A stretch of DNA of 64,000 nt from Clostridia bacterium (GTDB taxonomy: Bacteria > Bacillota > Limnochordia > DTU080 > RSA5): contig PKEX01000037.1 of NCBI GenBank assembly GCA_002919235.1, positions 1-64,000 of the forward strand. Reading direction: 5' to 3'. The notes beneath the pieces were generated by a model, which saw only the letters and a program-made list of their open reading frames with translations, made no database searches and was not told the DNA's origin. Below are positions 21,929 to 30,949 of the stretch, piece after piece (the stretch's first letter is position 1; the number at the start of each line of letters is the position of its first letter). A program made the position numbers and the translations under genes.

Positions 21929-22651
21929 GTGACGGGCGGCGTGGGCAGCGCGAAGCGGGTAGGGATCATGGGCGGCACCTTCGACCCGGTTCACATAGGC
22001 CACCTCATCGCCGCGGAGAGCGCCCGCGAGGCGGCAGGCCTCGACCGGGTGGTCTTTGTCCCGGCGGGCGAGCCGCCCCACAAAGCCAAGGAGGAGCTCG
22101 CACCCGCCCGGGACCGCTACGTGATGACGCTGCTGGCCACCGTGGGCCATCCCTCCTTCTCCGTGAGCCGGATCGAGCTGGACCGGCAAGGCAAGAGCTA
22201 CACGGTGGACACTCTCGAGGCACTCCACAAGGAGCTGGGCGATGCGGTGGAGCTCTACTTTATCCTGGGGTCCGACGCCATGGCCGGGCTTTCCGGGTGG
22301 CACAGGCCCCAGCGGCTGTTTGAGCTCTGCCGCTTTCTGGTGATCCGCCGGCCGGGCTGGGACCCGGCGCGGCTGCGGGAGAGCCTCGGTGGGCTGTACG
22401 ACGCCCACCGGGACCGGATCCAGGTGGTGGACGTCCCGGGAGTGGACGTGTCCAGCAGCGAGATCCGGGCGCGGGTCCGGGAGGGGCGCTCCATCCGGTA
22501 CCTGGTCCCCGAGATGGTGGAGCGGTACATCAGAGAGCACGGGCTGTACGGGCGGGGGCAGGGGCCCGTTCCGGCCGCCGCCGCAGGAGAGGAGACCGCA
22601 CGTGCCGGCAGTTCCTTTCGACCGGGCTTGGTTTCAAAAGACGGAGAGTGA
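21929..22651 (+). CDS. nadD: Nicotinate-nucleotide adenylyltransferase with about 35-aa C-terminal extension
   Basis: GIMGGTFDPVHIGH (HxGH) motif. Start is GTG 21929 or, by family alignment more likely, GTG 21941. The 3' end overlaps yqeK by 50 nt. Confidence 0.8.
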   Translation: MTGGVGSAKRVGIMGGTFDPVHIGHLIAAESAREAAGLDRVVFVPAGEPPHKAKEELAPARDRYVMTLLATVGHPSFSVSRIELDRQGKSYTVDTLEALHKELGDAVELYFILGSDAMAGLSGWHRPQRLFELCRFLVIRRPGWDPARLRESLGGLYDAHRDRIQVVDVPGVDVSSSEIRARVREGRSIRYLVPEMVERYIREHGLYGRGQGPVPAAAAGEETARAGSSFRPGLVSKDGE

Positions 22652-23213
22652 CGTGCGGGCCCGGATGGACGGCCCGCGCTTTCAGCACACCCTGGGCGTG
22701 GTGGAGACCGCGGCGCAGCTGGCGCGGCGGTTCGGCGTGGACGAGGCCAAGGCCCGCGCCGCGGCGCTCCTCCACGACGTGGCCCGGGGATACAGCAGGG
22801 AACGCTTGTTGAAAGAGGCGGACGAGTTTGGTATAGTTTTGACAGAGCTCGAACGCAGGGCTTGGGTGTTGGCCCACGCTCCGGTGGGAGCGGAAGTGGC
22901 CCGGCGCGAGTTCGGCGTGGACGACCCGGAGGTCCTCGCGGCGATCCGCTATCACACCACCGGGAGGGCGGGGATGTCCAAGCTGGAGAAGGTCGTCTTC
23001 GTGGCCGATTACATCGAGCCCGGGCGCTCCCATCCCGGCGTCGGGCCCGTGCGGCGCGCGGCCGAGAGCGACTTGGACCAGGCGGTCCTTCTGGCATTGG
23101 ACCAGACCATCGTCTACCAAGTGGAGCGCGGCCAGCTTATCGCGCCAGAGTCTTTAGAAGCCCGCAACGAGATCGTGATGCAACGGGTGTTGCCGAGCGC
23201 TTCGCCGGAGTGA
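22602..23213 (+). CDS. yqeK: HD-domain hydrolase YqeK (Ap4A hydrolase family)
   Basis: RFQHTLGV...HDVARG HD motif. GTG 22602 preceded by AGGAGAGGAG; the longer listed start 22389 was rejected. Confidence 0.75.
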   Translation: MPAVPFDRAWFQKTESDVRARMDGPRFQHTLGVVETAAQLARRFGVDEAKARAAALLHDVARGYSRERLLKEADEFGIVLTELERRAWVLAHAPVGAEVARREFGVDDPEVLAAIRYHTTGRAGMSKLEKVVFVADYIEPGRSHPGVGPVRRAAESDLDQAVLLALDQTIVYQVERGQLIAPESLEARNEIVMQRVLPSASPE

Positions 23214-23239
23214 ACCGGCGGGGCCGTTCGGCGTTTTTT
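23203..23239 (+). terminator. Possible intrinsic terminator after yqeK
   Basis: Stem cgccgg / ccggcg with the stop codon in the loop and a T6 run at 23234-23239. The stem is imperfect. Confidence 0.3.
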
Positions 23240-23260
23240 GTCTGAAGGCCGGGTGAGACG

Positions 23261-24523
23261 GTGCTTTCGCCACAGGACTTGGAGGCCAAGCGTCGAGAGC
23301 TGGAGGAGAGGCGGCGGCTGCGCCGGGAGATGCGGCGCAAGCGGCTTCTCTTCTACGCGTTCTGCGTCCTGCTGGGCCTGATCTTGATGCTGATCGCGGC
23401 CTACTGGAGCTACTATGGGGAGCTTCCCTTCGGCATCGGGCGGGGCCGGGCGGAGAGCCCTATCGTCAACGTGCTGCTCCTGGGGGTCGACTCGGGAGTC
23501 GGGCAGGGAAACCGCTCGGACACCATCATTCTCTTCAGCTTTGACAAGCGGGACGGCCACGTGAGCGCCCTGGCCATTCCCCGGGACACGCAGGTGCGCA
23601 TTCCGGGGCGGCGGGGCGTCGACCGCATCAACGCCGCGCACGCCATCGGCGGTCCCGCGCTGGCGGTCCGCACCGTCGAGCAGCTCTTGGGCGTCGACAT
23701 CGACTACTACGTGCGGGTGGACTTCGACGGGTTCCGGGCCATTGTGGACGCCTTGGGCGGTGTGGTCCTGGACGTGGAGCGCCGCATGTATTACGAAGAC
23801 AAGGCGCAGGGGCTCAAGATCGACCTGCAGCAGGGGCTCCAGCGGCTCAACGGCGACCAGGCGCTGCAGTACGTCCGGTACCGCTCGGACGGGATGGGGG
23901 ACATCAGCCTGGTGGACCCGGTAAAGGGCGAGTACGCCGGCCGGGTGGAGCGGCAGCTTAAGTTTGTCCGCGCCCTGGCCAGGCAGGCCATCTCCATCCA
24001 AGCGGTCTTGAACGCGCCGGAGCTCGTGACCCAGCTGCTTCGCACCGTCTCCACCGATATGCCTCCCGACGTGGCGGTCCGCCTGGCGCTGCTGGCCAAG
24101 CAGATGGCGGTGCAGGACGTGGAGACGGCGGTCCTGCCCGGCACCGGGGCGACGGTGGGCGGCGCCAGTTATTGGCTGGTGAACGAGGCCAAGATGAAAG
24201 AAGTGGTGAACAAGCTGGTCCTGCGCCGCAGCGACATGGTGCGGGTGCAGGTGCTGAACGGCAGCGGCATCGACGGGCAGGCCGCGAGGGCCGCCGACGT
24301 GCTGCGCCGGGAGGGCTTCGAAGTGGTGACGGTGGGCAACGCCGACCGGTTCGACTATGAAACCACCGTGGTGATCCCCCGGCCCGGCCGGACCGCCGAG
24401 GCGGAGCGGGTGGCCGGCGTCCTGGGCGGCCGGGTGCAGGGGCCGGAACCGGCGGCGGGAGGACAAAGCGGTGCGGACGTGACGGTGATCATCGGCCGGG
24501 ATGCGCCGGGCAGGCGGCTCTGA
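23261..24523 (+). CDS. LytR-CpsA-Psr (LCP) family cell-envelope phosphotransferase with C-terminal LytR_C domain
   Basis: N-terminal TM, LCP core (NVLLLGVDSG...RSDTIIL...PRDT), C-terminal LytR_C-like. Confidence 0.8.
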   Translation: MLSPQDLEAKRRELEERRRLRREMRRKRLLFYAFCVLLGLILMLIAAYWSYYGELPFGIGRGRAESPIVNVLLLGVDSGVGQGNRSDTIILFSFDKRDGHVSALAIPRDTQVRIPGRRGVDRINAAHAIGGPALAVRTVEQLLGVDIDYYVRVDFDGFRAIVDALGGVVLDVERRMYYEDKAQGLKIDLQQGLQRLNGDQALQYVRYRSDGMGDISLVDPVKGEYAGRVERQLKFVRALARQAISIQAVLNAPELVTQLLRTVSTDMPPDVAVRLALLAKQMAVQDVETAVLPGTGATVGGASYWLVNEAKMKEVVNKLVLRRSDMVRVQVLNGSGIDGQAARAADVLRREGFEVVTVGNADRFDYETTVVIPRPGRTAEAERVAGVLGGRVQGPEPAAGGQSGADVTVIIGRDAPGRRL

Positions 24524-24571
24524 CGGCGACACGGCGTCAGGGCGCATGAACATCGGGAAAAGGGCGGTGTC

Positions 24572-24973
24572 GTGCCACTGAAACTCACGGCAGAGGAGAT
24601 CGCGCTCGCCGCGGCGCGCGCAGCCAGCGACAAGCGGGGGAGCGGCATCGTCGTCCTGGACTTGCGGCAGATCAGCGTGATCACGGACTACTTCGTGATC
24701 GTGGACGCCGGCACCGAGGTGCAGGTGAGGGCCATCGCGGAAGCCATTCAGGAGGCGCTCGTGGAGCGGGGGGTCACCACCTTGCGCCGGGAAGGCTGGG
24801 AGGACGCCCGCTGGGTGCTCTTGGACTACGGCGACGCCGTGGTGCACGTCTTCCGGACCGAGGAGCGGGAGTATTACGATCTTGAGCGGCTTTGGGGCGA
24901 TGCGCCCCGCCTCGTCCTGGACGAGGAGGAAACGGGACTGGTGCTTGAGGAGAGGCGCGATGGGCGCCCGTGA
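24572..24973 (+). CDS. rsfS: Ribosomal silencing factor RsfS (Iojap)
   Basis: DYFVIVDAGTEVQVRAIAE...GDAVVHVF typical. Confidence 0.85.
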   Translation: MPLKLTAEEIALAAARAASDKRGSGIVVLDLRQISVITDYFVIVDAGTEVQVRAIAEAIQEALVERGVTTLRREGWEDARWVLLDYGDAVVHVFRTEEREYYDLERLWGDAPRLVLDEEETGLVLEERRDGRP

Positions 24974-25745
24974 CCGGACCGAGAGCTACCGGTGGCTGGC
25001 CGCCTATTACGACCGGCTGATGAGCCACGTCGACTACGGCGCTTGGGTATCCTACGCTCTGAAACGGTTGGAGCTGGCGCCGGCGGCGGAAGAACCGGGA
25101 GAGGGCAGGGAGCCGCCCCTCATCTTGGACCTGGCCTGCGGCACCGGCACCTTTGCCGTGGAACTGGCACGGCGGGGCTTCCGGGTGATTGGCCTGGATG
25201 CCTCAGAGGAGATGCTGGCGGTGGCCGACGCCAAGGCCCGGCAAGCGGGAGTCGACGTCTTCTTCACGTGCCAGGACCTGACCGCGTTCGAACTGGCCGA
25301 GGAGGCCGACGCCGCCGTCTGCTTCTTTGACAGCCTCAACTACCTCACCCGCGTGGAGGAGCTGGAGCAGGCGCTGGCGTGCACCGCCCGGGCGCTCCGT
25401 CCGGGGGCTCCTTTCCTGTTCGACCTCCACACGGAGGACCGGCTGCGGGAGTACGGGGCCAGCACCTTCGGTGACAGCGGCGAAGACGTGGCGTACCTCT
25501 GGGAAAGCGAGTACGACGAGGAGCGGCGCCTGTGCACCATGTACCTGACGCTGTTTGTCCGGGAGGCGGACGGGCGCTACGCGCGCTTTGACGAGGTGCA
25601 CGAGCAGCGGGCGCACGCGGGGCCGGAGGTGACCCGCGCGCTGGAGCGAGCCGGTTTTCAGCTGGAAGGCGTGTTCGGGGAACTCACGGAGGAAAAGCCT
25701 CGGCCCGGCGAAGGCCGCGTGTTCTACCTGGCCCGCCGGCGCTGA
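24960..25745 (+). CDS. Class I SAM-dependent methyltransferase
   Basis: LDLACGTG motif I. ATG 24960 after GAGGAGAGG; overlaps the rsfS end by 14 nt. Confidence 0.7.
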   Translation: MGARDRTESYRWLAAYYDRLMSHVDYGAWVSYALKRLELAPAAEEPGEGREPPLILDLACGTGTFAVELARRGFRVIGLDASEEMLAVADAKARQAGVDVFFTCQDLTAFELAEEADAAVCFFDSLNYLTRVEELEQALACTARALRPGAPFLFDLHTEDRLREYGASTFGDSGEDVAYLWESEYDEERRLCTMYLTLFVREADGRYARFDEVHEQRAHAGPEVTRALERAGFQLEGVFGELTEEKPRPGEGRVFYLARRR

Positions 25746-25804
25746 CGGGCGGAAAGCACAGCCATCGACAGGCTGCACCACCCATCCCAGGAGGGGAGCC
25801 GCAC

Positions 25805-27220
25805 ATGGCCGTCGCGCAGAGGACCTCGTTCTTGGAGAGCGTCAACCTGATGTTTGACCGCGCCGCCGCGCTGCTGGATGTGCCCCCCGGTCTGGCTGAG
25901 TTTATCAAGCGGGGCAACTCGGTCATCCAGGTGCGCTTTCCCGTCAAGATCCGGGGAGAGTACCGGGTGCTGACGGGGTGGCGGGCCACGCACAGCGAGC
26001 ACCGGCTGCCGGCGAAGGGCGGCATCCGCTACTCGCCCCACCTGACCCAGGCCGACGTCGAAGCCATGGCCGCCCTGATGACCTACAAGTGCGCCATCGT
26101 CGACGTGCCCTTCGGGGGTTCAAAGGGCGGCCTTCGCATCGATCCCAAGGAGTACACCGAAGAGGAGCTGGAGGTCATCACCCGCCGCTTCGCCCGGGAG
26201 CTGGCGGTGAAGGGGTACATCAGCCCGGCGCTGAACGTGCCCGCGCCCGACCTGGGCACGGGGCCGCGGGAGATGGTGTGGATCGCCGACACCTACCGGA
26301 CCCTGTTTCCGGATGACCTCAACGCCATCGCCTGCGTGACGGGCAAGCCGGTGACGCAAGGGGGCATCCGGGGCCGGGAGGAAGCCACCGGCCGGGGGGT
26401 GGAGTACGCCATCCGGGAGTTCTTCCGCCACCCAGAGGACGTGGAGCGCGCGGGGCTTTCCGGCGGGCTGGAAGGAAAGCGCGTCATCGTCCAGGGGTTC
26501 GGGAAAGTGGGCTACCACGTGGCGAAGTTCCTCGACGAGGAAGACGACGCCAAAGTGATCGCCATCATCGAACGGGACGGCGCCGTGGTGGACGAACGAG
26601 GGCTGAAAGTGGAGCACGTGGCCCAGTACTTCCGGGAGCACGGGACGCTGCGGGGGTATCCCGACGCCCTGTTCGTCGAGGACGGCCGGACGCTTCTGGA
26701 AGAGGAGTGCGACATCCTGATCCCGGCGGCCGTGGAAGGGCAGATCACCCTGGAGAACGCGCCGCACATCAAGGCCCGGCTGATCGTGGAGGCGGCCAAC
26801 GGGCCCACCACCTACGAGGCGGACAACATCCTGCGCGAGCGGGGGATCACCATCATCCCCGACGTGTACGCCAACGCCGGCGGGGTGACCGTCTCGTACT
26901 TCGAGTGGATCAAGAACCTCTCCCATATGCGCTTCGGACGGCTCCAGCGGCGCCTCGAAGAGATGAGGGGCGAGCAGGTGATCAAGGCCATCGAAGCCGC
27001 CGTCGGCCGGCCGATCCCGGATCACCTCAAGGCGGGCCTCACCCGGGGCGCCGATGAGCTGGACCTGGTCCGCTCGGGGCTGGACGACACCATGCGCCAG
27101 GCGTACAACGAGATCCGGGAGGTCTACCTCAGCCGCAGGGACGTGCCGGACCTCAGGACCGCGGCCTACGTCCTGGCCATCGACAAGATCGCCCGCTCGT
27201 ACCGGGAGACGGGCGTGTGA
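25805..27220 (+). CDS. gdh: Glutamate dehydrogenase (Glu/Leu/Phe/Val dehydrogenase family)
   Basis: KGGIRYSPH...FGGSKGG catalytic-Lys motif and GFGKVG Rossmann motif. AGGAGGGGAG SD. Confidence 0.9.
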   Translation: MAVAQRTSFLESVNLMFDRAAALLDVPPGLAEFIKRGNSVIQVRFPVKIRGEYRVLTGWRATHSEHRLPAKGGIRYSPHLTQADVEAMAALMTYKCAIVDVPFGGSKGGLRIDPKEYTEEELEVITRRFARELAVKGYISPALNVPAPDLGTGPREMVWIADTYRTLFPDDLNAIACVTGKPVTQGGIRGREEATGRGVEYAIREFFRHPEDVERAGLSGGLEGKRVIVQGFGKVGYHVAKFLDEEDDAKVIAIIERDGAVVDERGLKVEHVAQYFREHGTLRGYPDALFVEDGRTLLEEECDILIPAAVEGQITLENAPHIKARLIVEAANGPTTYEADNILRERGITIIPDVYANAGGVTVSYFEWIKNLSHMRFGRLQRRLEEMRGEQVIKAIEAAVGRPIPDHLKAGLTRGADELDLVRSGLDDTMRQAYNEIREVYLSRRDVPDLRTAAYVLAIDKIARSYRETGV

Positions 27221-27272
27221 GGCGGCTCCCCGAACGCCGAACAAGACGGGCGTCCGAGGGGGCGCGCGGGGT

Positions 27273-27301
27273 TTGACACGCTGGGCGAAACGCGCTATAC
27301 T
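27273..27301 (+). promoter_or_regulatory. Sigma-A promoter TTGACA, 17-nt spacer, TATACT for tRNA-Ala
   Basis: TTGACA at 27273-78, exact 17-nt spacer, TATACT at 27296-301. A 9-bp leader hairpin (27312-27338) precedes the tRNA. Confidence 0.65.
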
Positions 27302-27345
27302 AAGTCGTGAACTCAGCCGCTCGACCGCAGCGGCTGAGCCCGTGT

Positions 27346-27421
<76 letters not shown>

Positions 27422-27434
27422 GAAGACCACGAAA

Positions 27435-27463
27435 GGGCCTGCGAAAGCAGGCCCTTTCTCTTT
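27435..27463 (+). terminator. Intrinsic terminator after tRNA-Ala
   Basis: Stem GGGCCTGC / GCAGGCCC, loop gaaa, then TTTCTCTTT. Confidence 0.8.
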
Positions 27464-27663
27464 CCCGCATTCCGACTGGATTTTCGAGTGAACCGGCATC
27501 ACCCAATCACGGCCGGCGCCCGTCTTGACGCCGGTGGAGATGGTCCGCCGCTCCAGGTCCACTGAGAGCGGGTACGCGAGCGGAACTCGCCGCTGCGAAA
27601 CCCGGAGTAGATGAGGATGATCCCGGCCTAAATGTCGCCGGAGGTGGGTGTGGAGGAGAATAG

Positions 27664-27692
27664 GTAGGCCCCGGTGGTGAACCGGGGCCTAC
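27664..27692. terminator. Perfect 12-bp hairpin at the left edge of the AT-rich islet
   Basis: gtaggccccggt-ggtga-accggggcctac, followed by attgcttacttcttatt on the plus strand and ctattctcc on the minus strand. It is immediately 3' of the minus-strand 66-aa gene. Confidence 0.55.
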
Positions 27693-27697
27693 ATTGC

Positions 27698-27898
27698 TTA
27701 CTTCTTATTGAGATAGGCCGATGCTAATTCACGAACGGCCCTTTGCGTCGGCTTCTCCAAGATTGCCATCGCTAGCATTCTCGTGTGTTGCTTCTGAACC
27801 GGCAATGAAGGGAGTTCAATGAATCGCATTCCTCGCGGCAATGGGCGCTCCAAATTATCCCTTTTTGCCTTTATCGCCCACCATCTCTCATAATCCAT
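27698..27898 (-). CDS. Hypothetical 66-aa protein (second gene of the islet)
   Basis: ATG 27898 preceded by GGGAGACG with a 5-nt spacer. AT-rich codons atypical for this genome. No family recognised by eye. The listed ORF start 27913 is TTG. Confidence 0.5.
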   Translation of the reverse strand: MDYERWWAIKAKRDNLERPLPRGMRFIELPSLPVQKQHTRMLAMAILEKPTQRAVRELASAYLNKK

Positions 27899-27952
27899 TA
27901 TAACGTCTCCCAATCATCCGCGCAAAGCTTGTCATCAATAGCGCCGTCTCTT

Positions 27953-28507
27953 TCACAATTTCCTCGCTCTGGGTAAACAGGCAAGACTGTGGCGGGTTGG
28001 TATCATCAAGAGAGTAAGAACTCCGATCACATCTTCACTATCGCCCCTAAATATGGGTACAGATAAGACCACACCCATTTGCCTGGTTACTTCCCAGTGG
28101 CTCTCCGTGATACCCCACATCTGTGGTGGATCACTACTTGCCGCTACCTCATGGTAAGTGGATCCGTGTAGATGGCTCAAGTCGGCAAGAATTGGCTTCT
28201 TGTCCTCGTAGACCCTCCCAATCACACCTTGCCCTCTGTTCCAACGCAGTTTTCGTTCCCGAGGGGAATAATTCCCTATCCAATACTTGATTCTCAGGCC
28301 GGACGACGGGATCGAGCTTGGAACCGCTATATTGCAGCGTACGTTTCTAGCTTCGATGGTCTTGCCTTTGACAATCAAGTCCCTCAACTCATGCAGGACC
28401 ACTTCAATGTCGGTCCTCTTTTGCACCCATTCACTGCGGATATGGCTAGCGAAACCAGATAAGGTCATCCATGTTACACCGGTCAAATGGACGAGCTTGA
28501 CCGCCAC
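27953..28507 (-). CDS. Stand-alone GAF-domain protein (about 170-184 aa)
   Basis: GAF-like pattern: GQGVIGRVYEDKKPILADL ... MGVVLSVPIFRGDSEDVIGVLTL. Start is GTG 28507 or ATG 28468. Lower G+C than its surroundings. Confidence 0.55.
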   Translation of the reverse strand: MAVKLVHLTGVTWMTLSGFASHIRSEWVQKRTDIEVVLHELRDLIVKGKTIEARNVRCNIAVPSSIPSSGLRIKYWIGNYSPRERKLRWNRGQGVIGRVYEDKKPILADLSHLHGSTYHEVAASSDPPQMWGITESHWEVTRQMGVVLSVPIFRGDSEDVIGVLTLLMIPTRHSLACLPRARKL

Positions 28508-28672
28508 GGCTCACTCTGACGACTGGGTGCATGTGAGCAGTGGAAAGAAGAGAGAGGTTGTGTGAAAAGCCGGATGGCTGCGTGAATACGGGGAAGTGTC
28601 ACGCGGTCGCAAGCCGAATACAGTCGAGCGACCGGACCCAGCTGCTCCAGGCGTCTTGGACAATCGAAAAAA

Positions 28673-28769
28673 TGGAGACTGGTTGCGGAATCGAACCGCA
28701 CAGCCGATCGTGCAAGATCGGCCCGACGGGTTTGAAGCCCGCGGCCAGCACCAGCTAGCTCAACCAGCC
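28673..28769 (-). tRNA. selC: tRNA-Sec (selC-like, anticodon UCA), 97 nt
   Basis: Manual fold of the minus strand: 13-bp coaxial acceptor/T helix (8/5 or 9/4), 6-bp D-stem gctagc / gctggc with a 4-nt loop tggt, anticodon stem-loop gcggg-cTTCAaa-cccgt, 25-nt variable arm with a 7-bp stem gccgatc / gatcggc, T-loop ttcgatt, 3' tcca. Confidence 0.65.
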
Positions 28770-28960
28770 TCGAAGAGAAACGTCGATCACATGTGGAGGG
28801 CTTGACAGCGAGGCTTGCGCCTCGGGTACCATTGTAGCAGACGGACAAGGGACGACTCAAGCCGGCGGCGCCGCTGTCCGCCGGAGCTGCGGGCAGCGGA
28901 GTTCAAGCCTTCGCCAGGCTTTCCACACGGCGCGCCATTCGGACGCAAAGGAGTGAGACC

Positions 28961-29383
28961 GTGGTCGACAAGCTCATCCTGAGCGAGGAAGAGTGGAAAA
29001 AGCGGTTGACGCCCGAGGAGTACCGGGTGCTGCGGCAGGCGGGGACCGAGCCGCCGTGGACCGGCTGCTTCGTCGGCACCAAGGAGCCGGGCACGTATGT
29101 CTGCCGGGCCTGCGGCAACCCGCTGTTTAAGTCCGGCGCCAAGTTTGAGTCGGGCACCGGGTGGCCGTCGTTTACGGAGCCCATCTCGCCTGACGCCTTG
29201 ACGGAGCACGAGGACCGTTCGTACGGCATGATCCGGACCGAGGTGCGCTGCGCCCGCTGCGGCAGCCACCTGGGGCACGTGTTCCCCGACGGCCCGCCGC
29301 CCACGGGCCTGCGCTACTGCATCAACTCCATCGCCATGAAGCACGTGCCCGAAGGCCAGCCCATCCCGCTGGTCACGGAGTGA
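28961..29383 (+). CDS. msrB: Peptide-methionine (R)-S-oxide reductase MsrB
   Basis: Two CxxC zinc motifs (CRACGNP, CARCGSH) and catalytic RYCINS. GTG 28961 after AAAGGAGTGAG. Confidence 0.9.
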   Translation: MVDKLILSEEEWKKRLTPEEYRVLRQAGTEPPWTGCFVGTKEPGTYVCRACGNPLFKSGAKFESGTGWPSFTEPISPDALTEHEDRSYGMIRTEVRCARCGSHLGHVFPDGPPPTGLRYCINSIAMKHVPEGQPIPLVTE

Positions 29384-29763
29384 AGGGCTTCCTCGGGGAC
29401 GGCCAGCAGGTGGCCGCCGCACCGGCAGTCGCTGGCGCCGAAGCGGGGGACGGCCCGCAAGGCGCCCCAGCGTTCGATGAGGTAGTTGGCCAGGCGGCAC
29501 TCGTCGGCCTTGGCGCCGTCCGAGAGCGTGACCGCCACCACGTCCCCGTACGGCCTGAGGTAGTCGATGTGCCACCGCTTCACCTTGTCGCGGCGGAGGT
29601 GCCTCCGGACGCGGGCCAGGCGGTTTCGCTGCGCGCTGCCCACGTAGGCGTAGACGCCTTTCTCCAGCGACACCTCGCCCAGTGCTCCTACGGGAACGCG
29701 CACGTCCCGCGGAAGCCGCAGCCAGAGGATATAGAGTCCTGAGTCGCTGCGATGTCCGGTCAT
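29314..29763 (-). CDS. GIY-YIG-like nuclease-fold protein (DUF123 family)
   Basis: GLYILWLRL...[10 protein letters not shown]...[12 protein letters not shown] motifs. The 3' end overlaps the msrB 3' end (convergent, about 70 nt). Start chosen at ATG 29763. Confidence 0.55.
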   Translation of the reverse strand: MTGHRSDSGLYILWLRLPRDVRVPVGALGEVSLEKGVYAYVGSAQRNRLARVRRHLRRDKVKRWHIDYLRPYGDVVAVTLSDGAKADECRLANYLIERWGALRAVPRFGASDCRCGGHLLAVPEEALHSVTSGMGWPSGTCFMAMELMQ

Positions 29764-29857
29764 CGTACCATCGATTCGCCCCGCAGGCTTCACCGCCTGC
29801 CGGGCGGTCGTCGTAGCGGAAAGGGGACCGGCGATCCGCCGGTCCCCGCTCTTCTAT

Positions 29858-30067
29858 CTATCCGGGTGACGGGGTGCTCTCGTCCCCGTCGCGCCGCTCT
29901 GGGTCCTTTCGGCCTCCGGGTTTCAGCCGGCCCGCCTTGATCAGCGCCTGCCGCAGGAGGTACTCGATGTGCGCGTTGACGCTCCGCAGCTCGTCGGCAG
30001 CCCATTTTTCCAGCGCCGCGTGGACGGCCGGGTCGATCCGGAGCAGAAAGGCCTTCTTCTTCGCCAA
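29858..30067 (-). CDS. Arc/MetJ-type ribbon-helix-helix DNA-binding protein
   Basis: KKKAFLLRIDPAVHAALEKWAADELRSVNAHIEYLLRQAL is a beta-strand plus two helices, typical of the Arc family. Confidence 0.6.
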   Translation of the reverse strand: MAKKKAFLLRIDPAVHAALEKWAADELRSVNAHIEYLLRQALIKAGRLKPGGRKDPERRDGDESTPSPG

Positions 30068-30082
30068 CGGGATCGCTCCCGG

Positions 30083-30949
30083 CTAGTAGATCGTCCCGGT
30101 GTTCACGATGGGCTGCGGATTCCGGTCGGCGCACAGCACCACCAGCAGGTTGCTCACCATCTGGGCTTTGCGCTCTTCGTCCAGCTCCACCACGCCCCGC
30201 TTGGCCAGGTCTTCCAGGGCCATCTCCACCATGCTGACGGCTCCTTCCACAATCTTTTGCCGCGCGGCGATGACGGCGTTGGCCTGCTGGCGCTGGAGCA
30301 TCGCGCTGGCGATCTCGGGGGCGTAGGCCAGGTGGCTGATGCGGGACTCGATCACCTCGACGCCCGCCTTGCTCAAGCGCTCCTGGATCTCTTGGGTGAG
30401 CTTTTCCGAGATCTCGGCGGCGTTGGCCGAAAGGGAGAGCTGGCCCTCCTCGTGCGCGTCGTACGGGTAGTTGGTGGCGAGGCCCCGGAGCGCCGCTTCG
30501 CTCTGCACTTCCACGTACTGGGCGTAATCGTCTACTTCAAACAGGGCTTCCGCCGTGTCCACCACCCGCCAGACTACCACCGCGGCGATCTCGATGGGGT
30601 TCCCGTCCTTGTCGTTCACCTTTAGCTTCCCCGTCTCGAAGTTGCGCACGCGCACGGAGACGTTGGTCTTGGAGTAGAAGGGGTTGGCGTAGTGGAGCCC
30701 GGGCCGGCGGACCGTGCCGACGTACTTGCCGAAGAGCTGGAGCACCTTGGCCTCGTTGGGGTTGACCACGAAAAGCCCGAACCACGCGATGAGGACCACC
30801 ACCAGCGCCACCGCCGAGATCACGGTGAAGACCACGGATTCGGCGAGGATGCTCTTGACCAGCCCGTAGATGAAACCGGCGGTCAGGAGCAGGAGAATGA
30901 GGAGCATGGGCAGGCCGGGCATCGTCCTCTTGTCCATCTCTTTGATCAC
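30083..30949 (-). CDS. SPFH/band-7 (stomatin/prohibitin-like) membrane protein
   Basis: N-terminal TM segments plus SPFH core ([29 protein letters not shown]...[18 protein letters not shown]). Confidence 0.8.
   Translation of the reverse strand: MIKEMDKRTMPGLPMLLILLLLTAGFIYGLVKSILAESVVFTVISAVALVVVLIAWFGLFVVNPNEAKVLQLFGKYVGTVRRPGLHYANPFYSKTNVSVRVRNFETGKLKVNDKDGNPIEIAAVVVWRVVDTAEALFEVDDYAQYVEVQSEAALRGLATNYPYDAHEEGQLSLSANAAEISEKLTQEIQERLSKAGVEVIESRISHLAYAPEIASAMLQRQQANAVIAARQKIVEGAVSMVEMALEDLAKRGVVELDEERKAQMVSNLLVVLCADRNPQPIVNTGTIY

Noticed and set aside
27953-28507. GAF protein as free methionine-(R)-sulfoxide reductase (fRMsr), tempting because msrB and msrA are nearby
   Set aside because: The conserved catalytic Cys residues of fRMsr are absent; only the generic GAF fold pattern is present.
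28172-28565. Two plus-strand ORFs (96 and 92 aa) inside the AT-rich islet
   Set aside because: They are antisense to the 184-aa ORF that carries recognisable GAF-domain motifs and have no SD or family signal; considered shadow ORFs.
28673-28769. Interpretation of the 97-nt long-arm tRNA as tRNA-Ser/Leu/Tyr
   Set aside because: The anticodon is UCA, and the 6-bp/4-nt D-arm and 13-bp acceptor/T helix are specific to tRNA-Sec.
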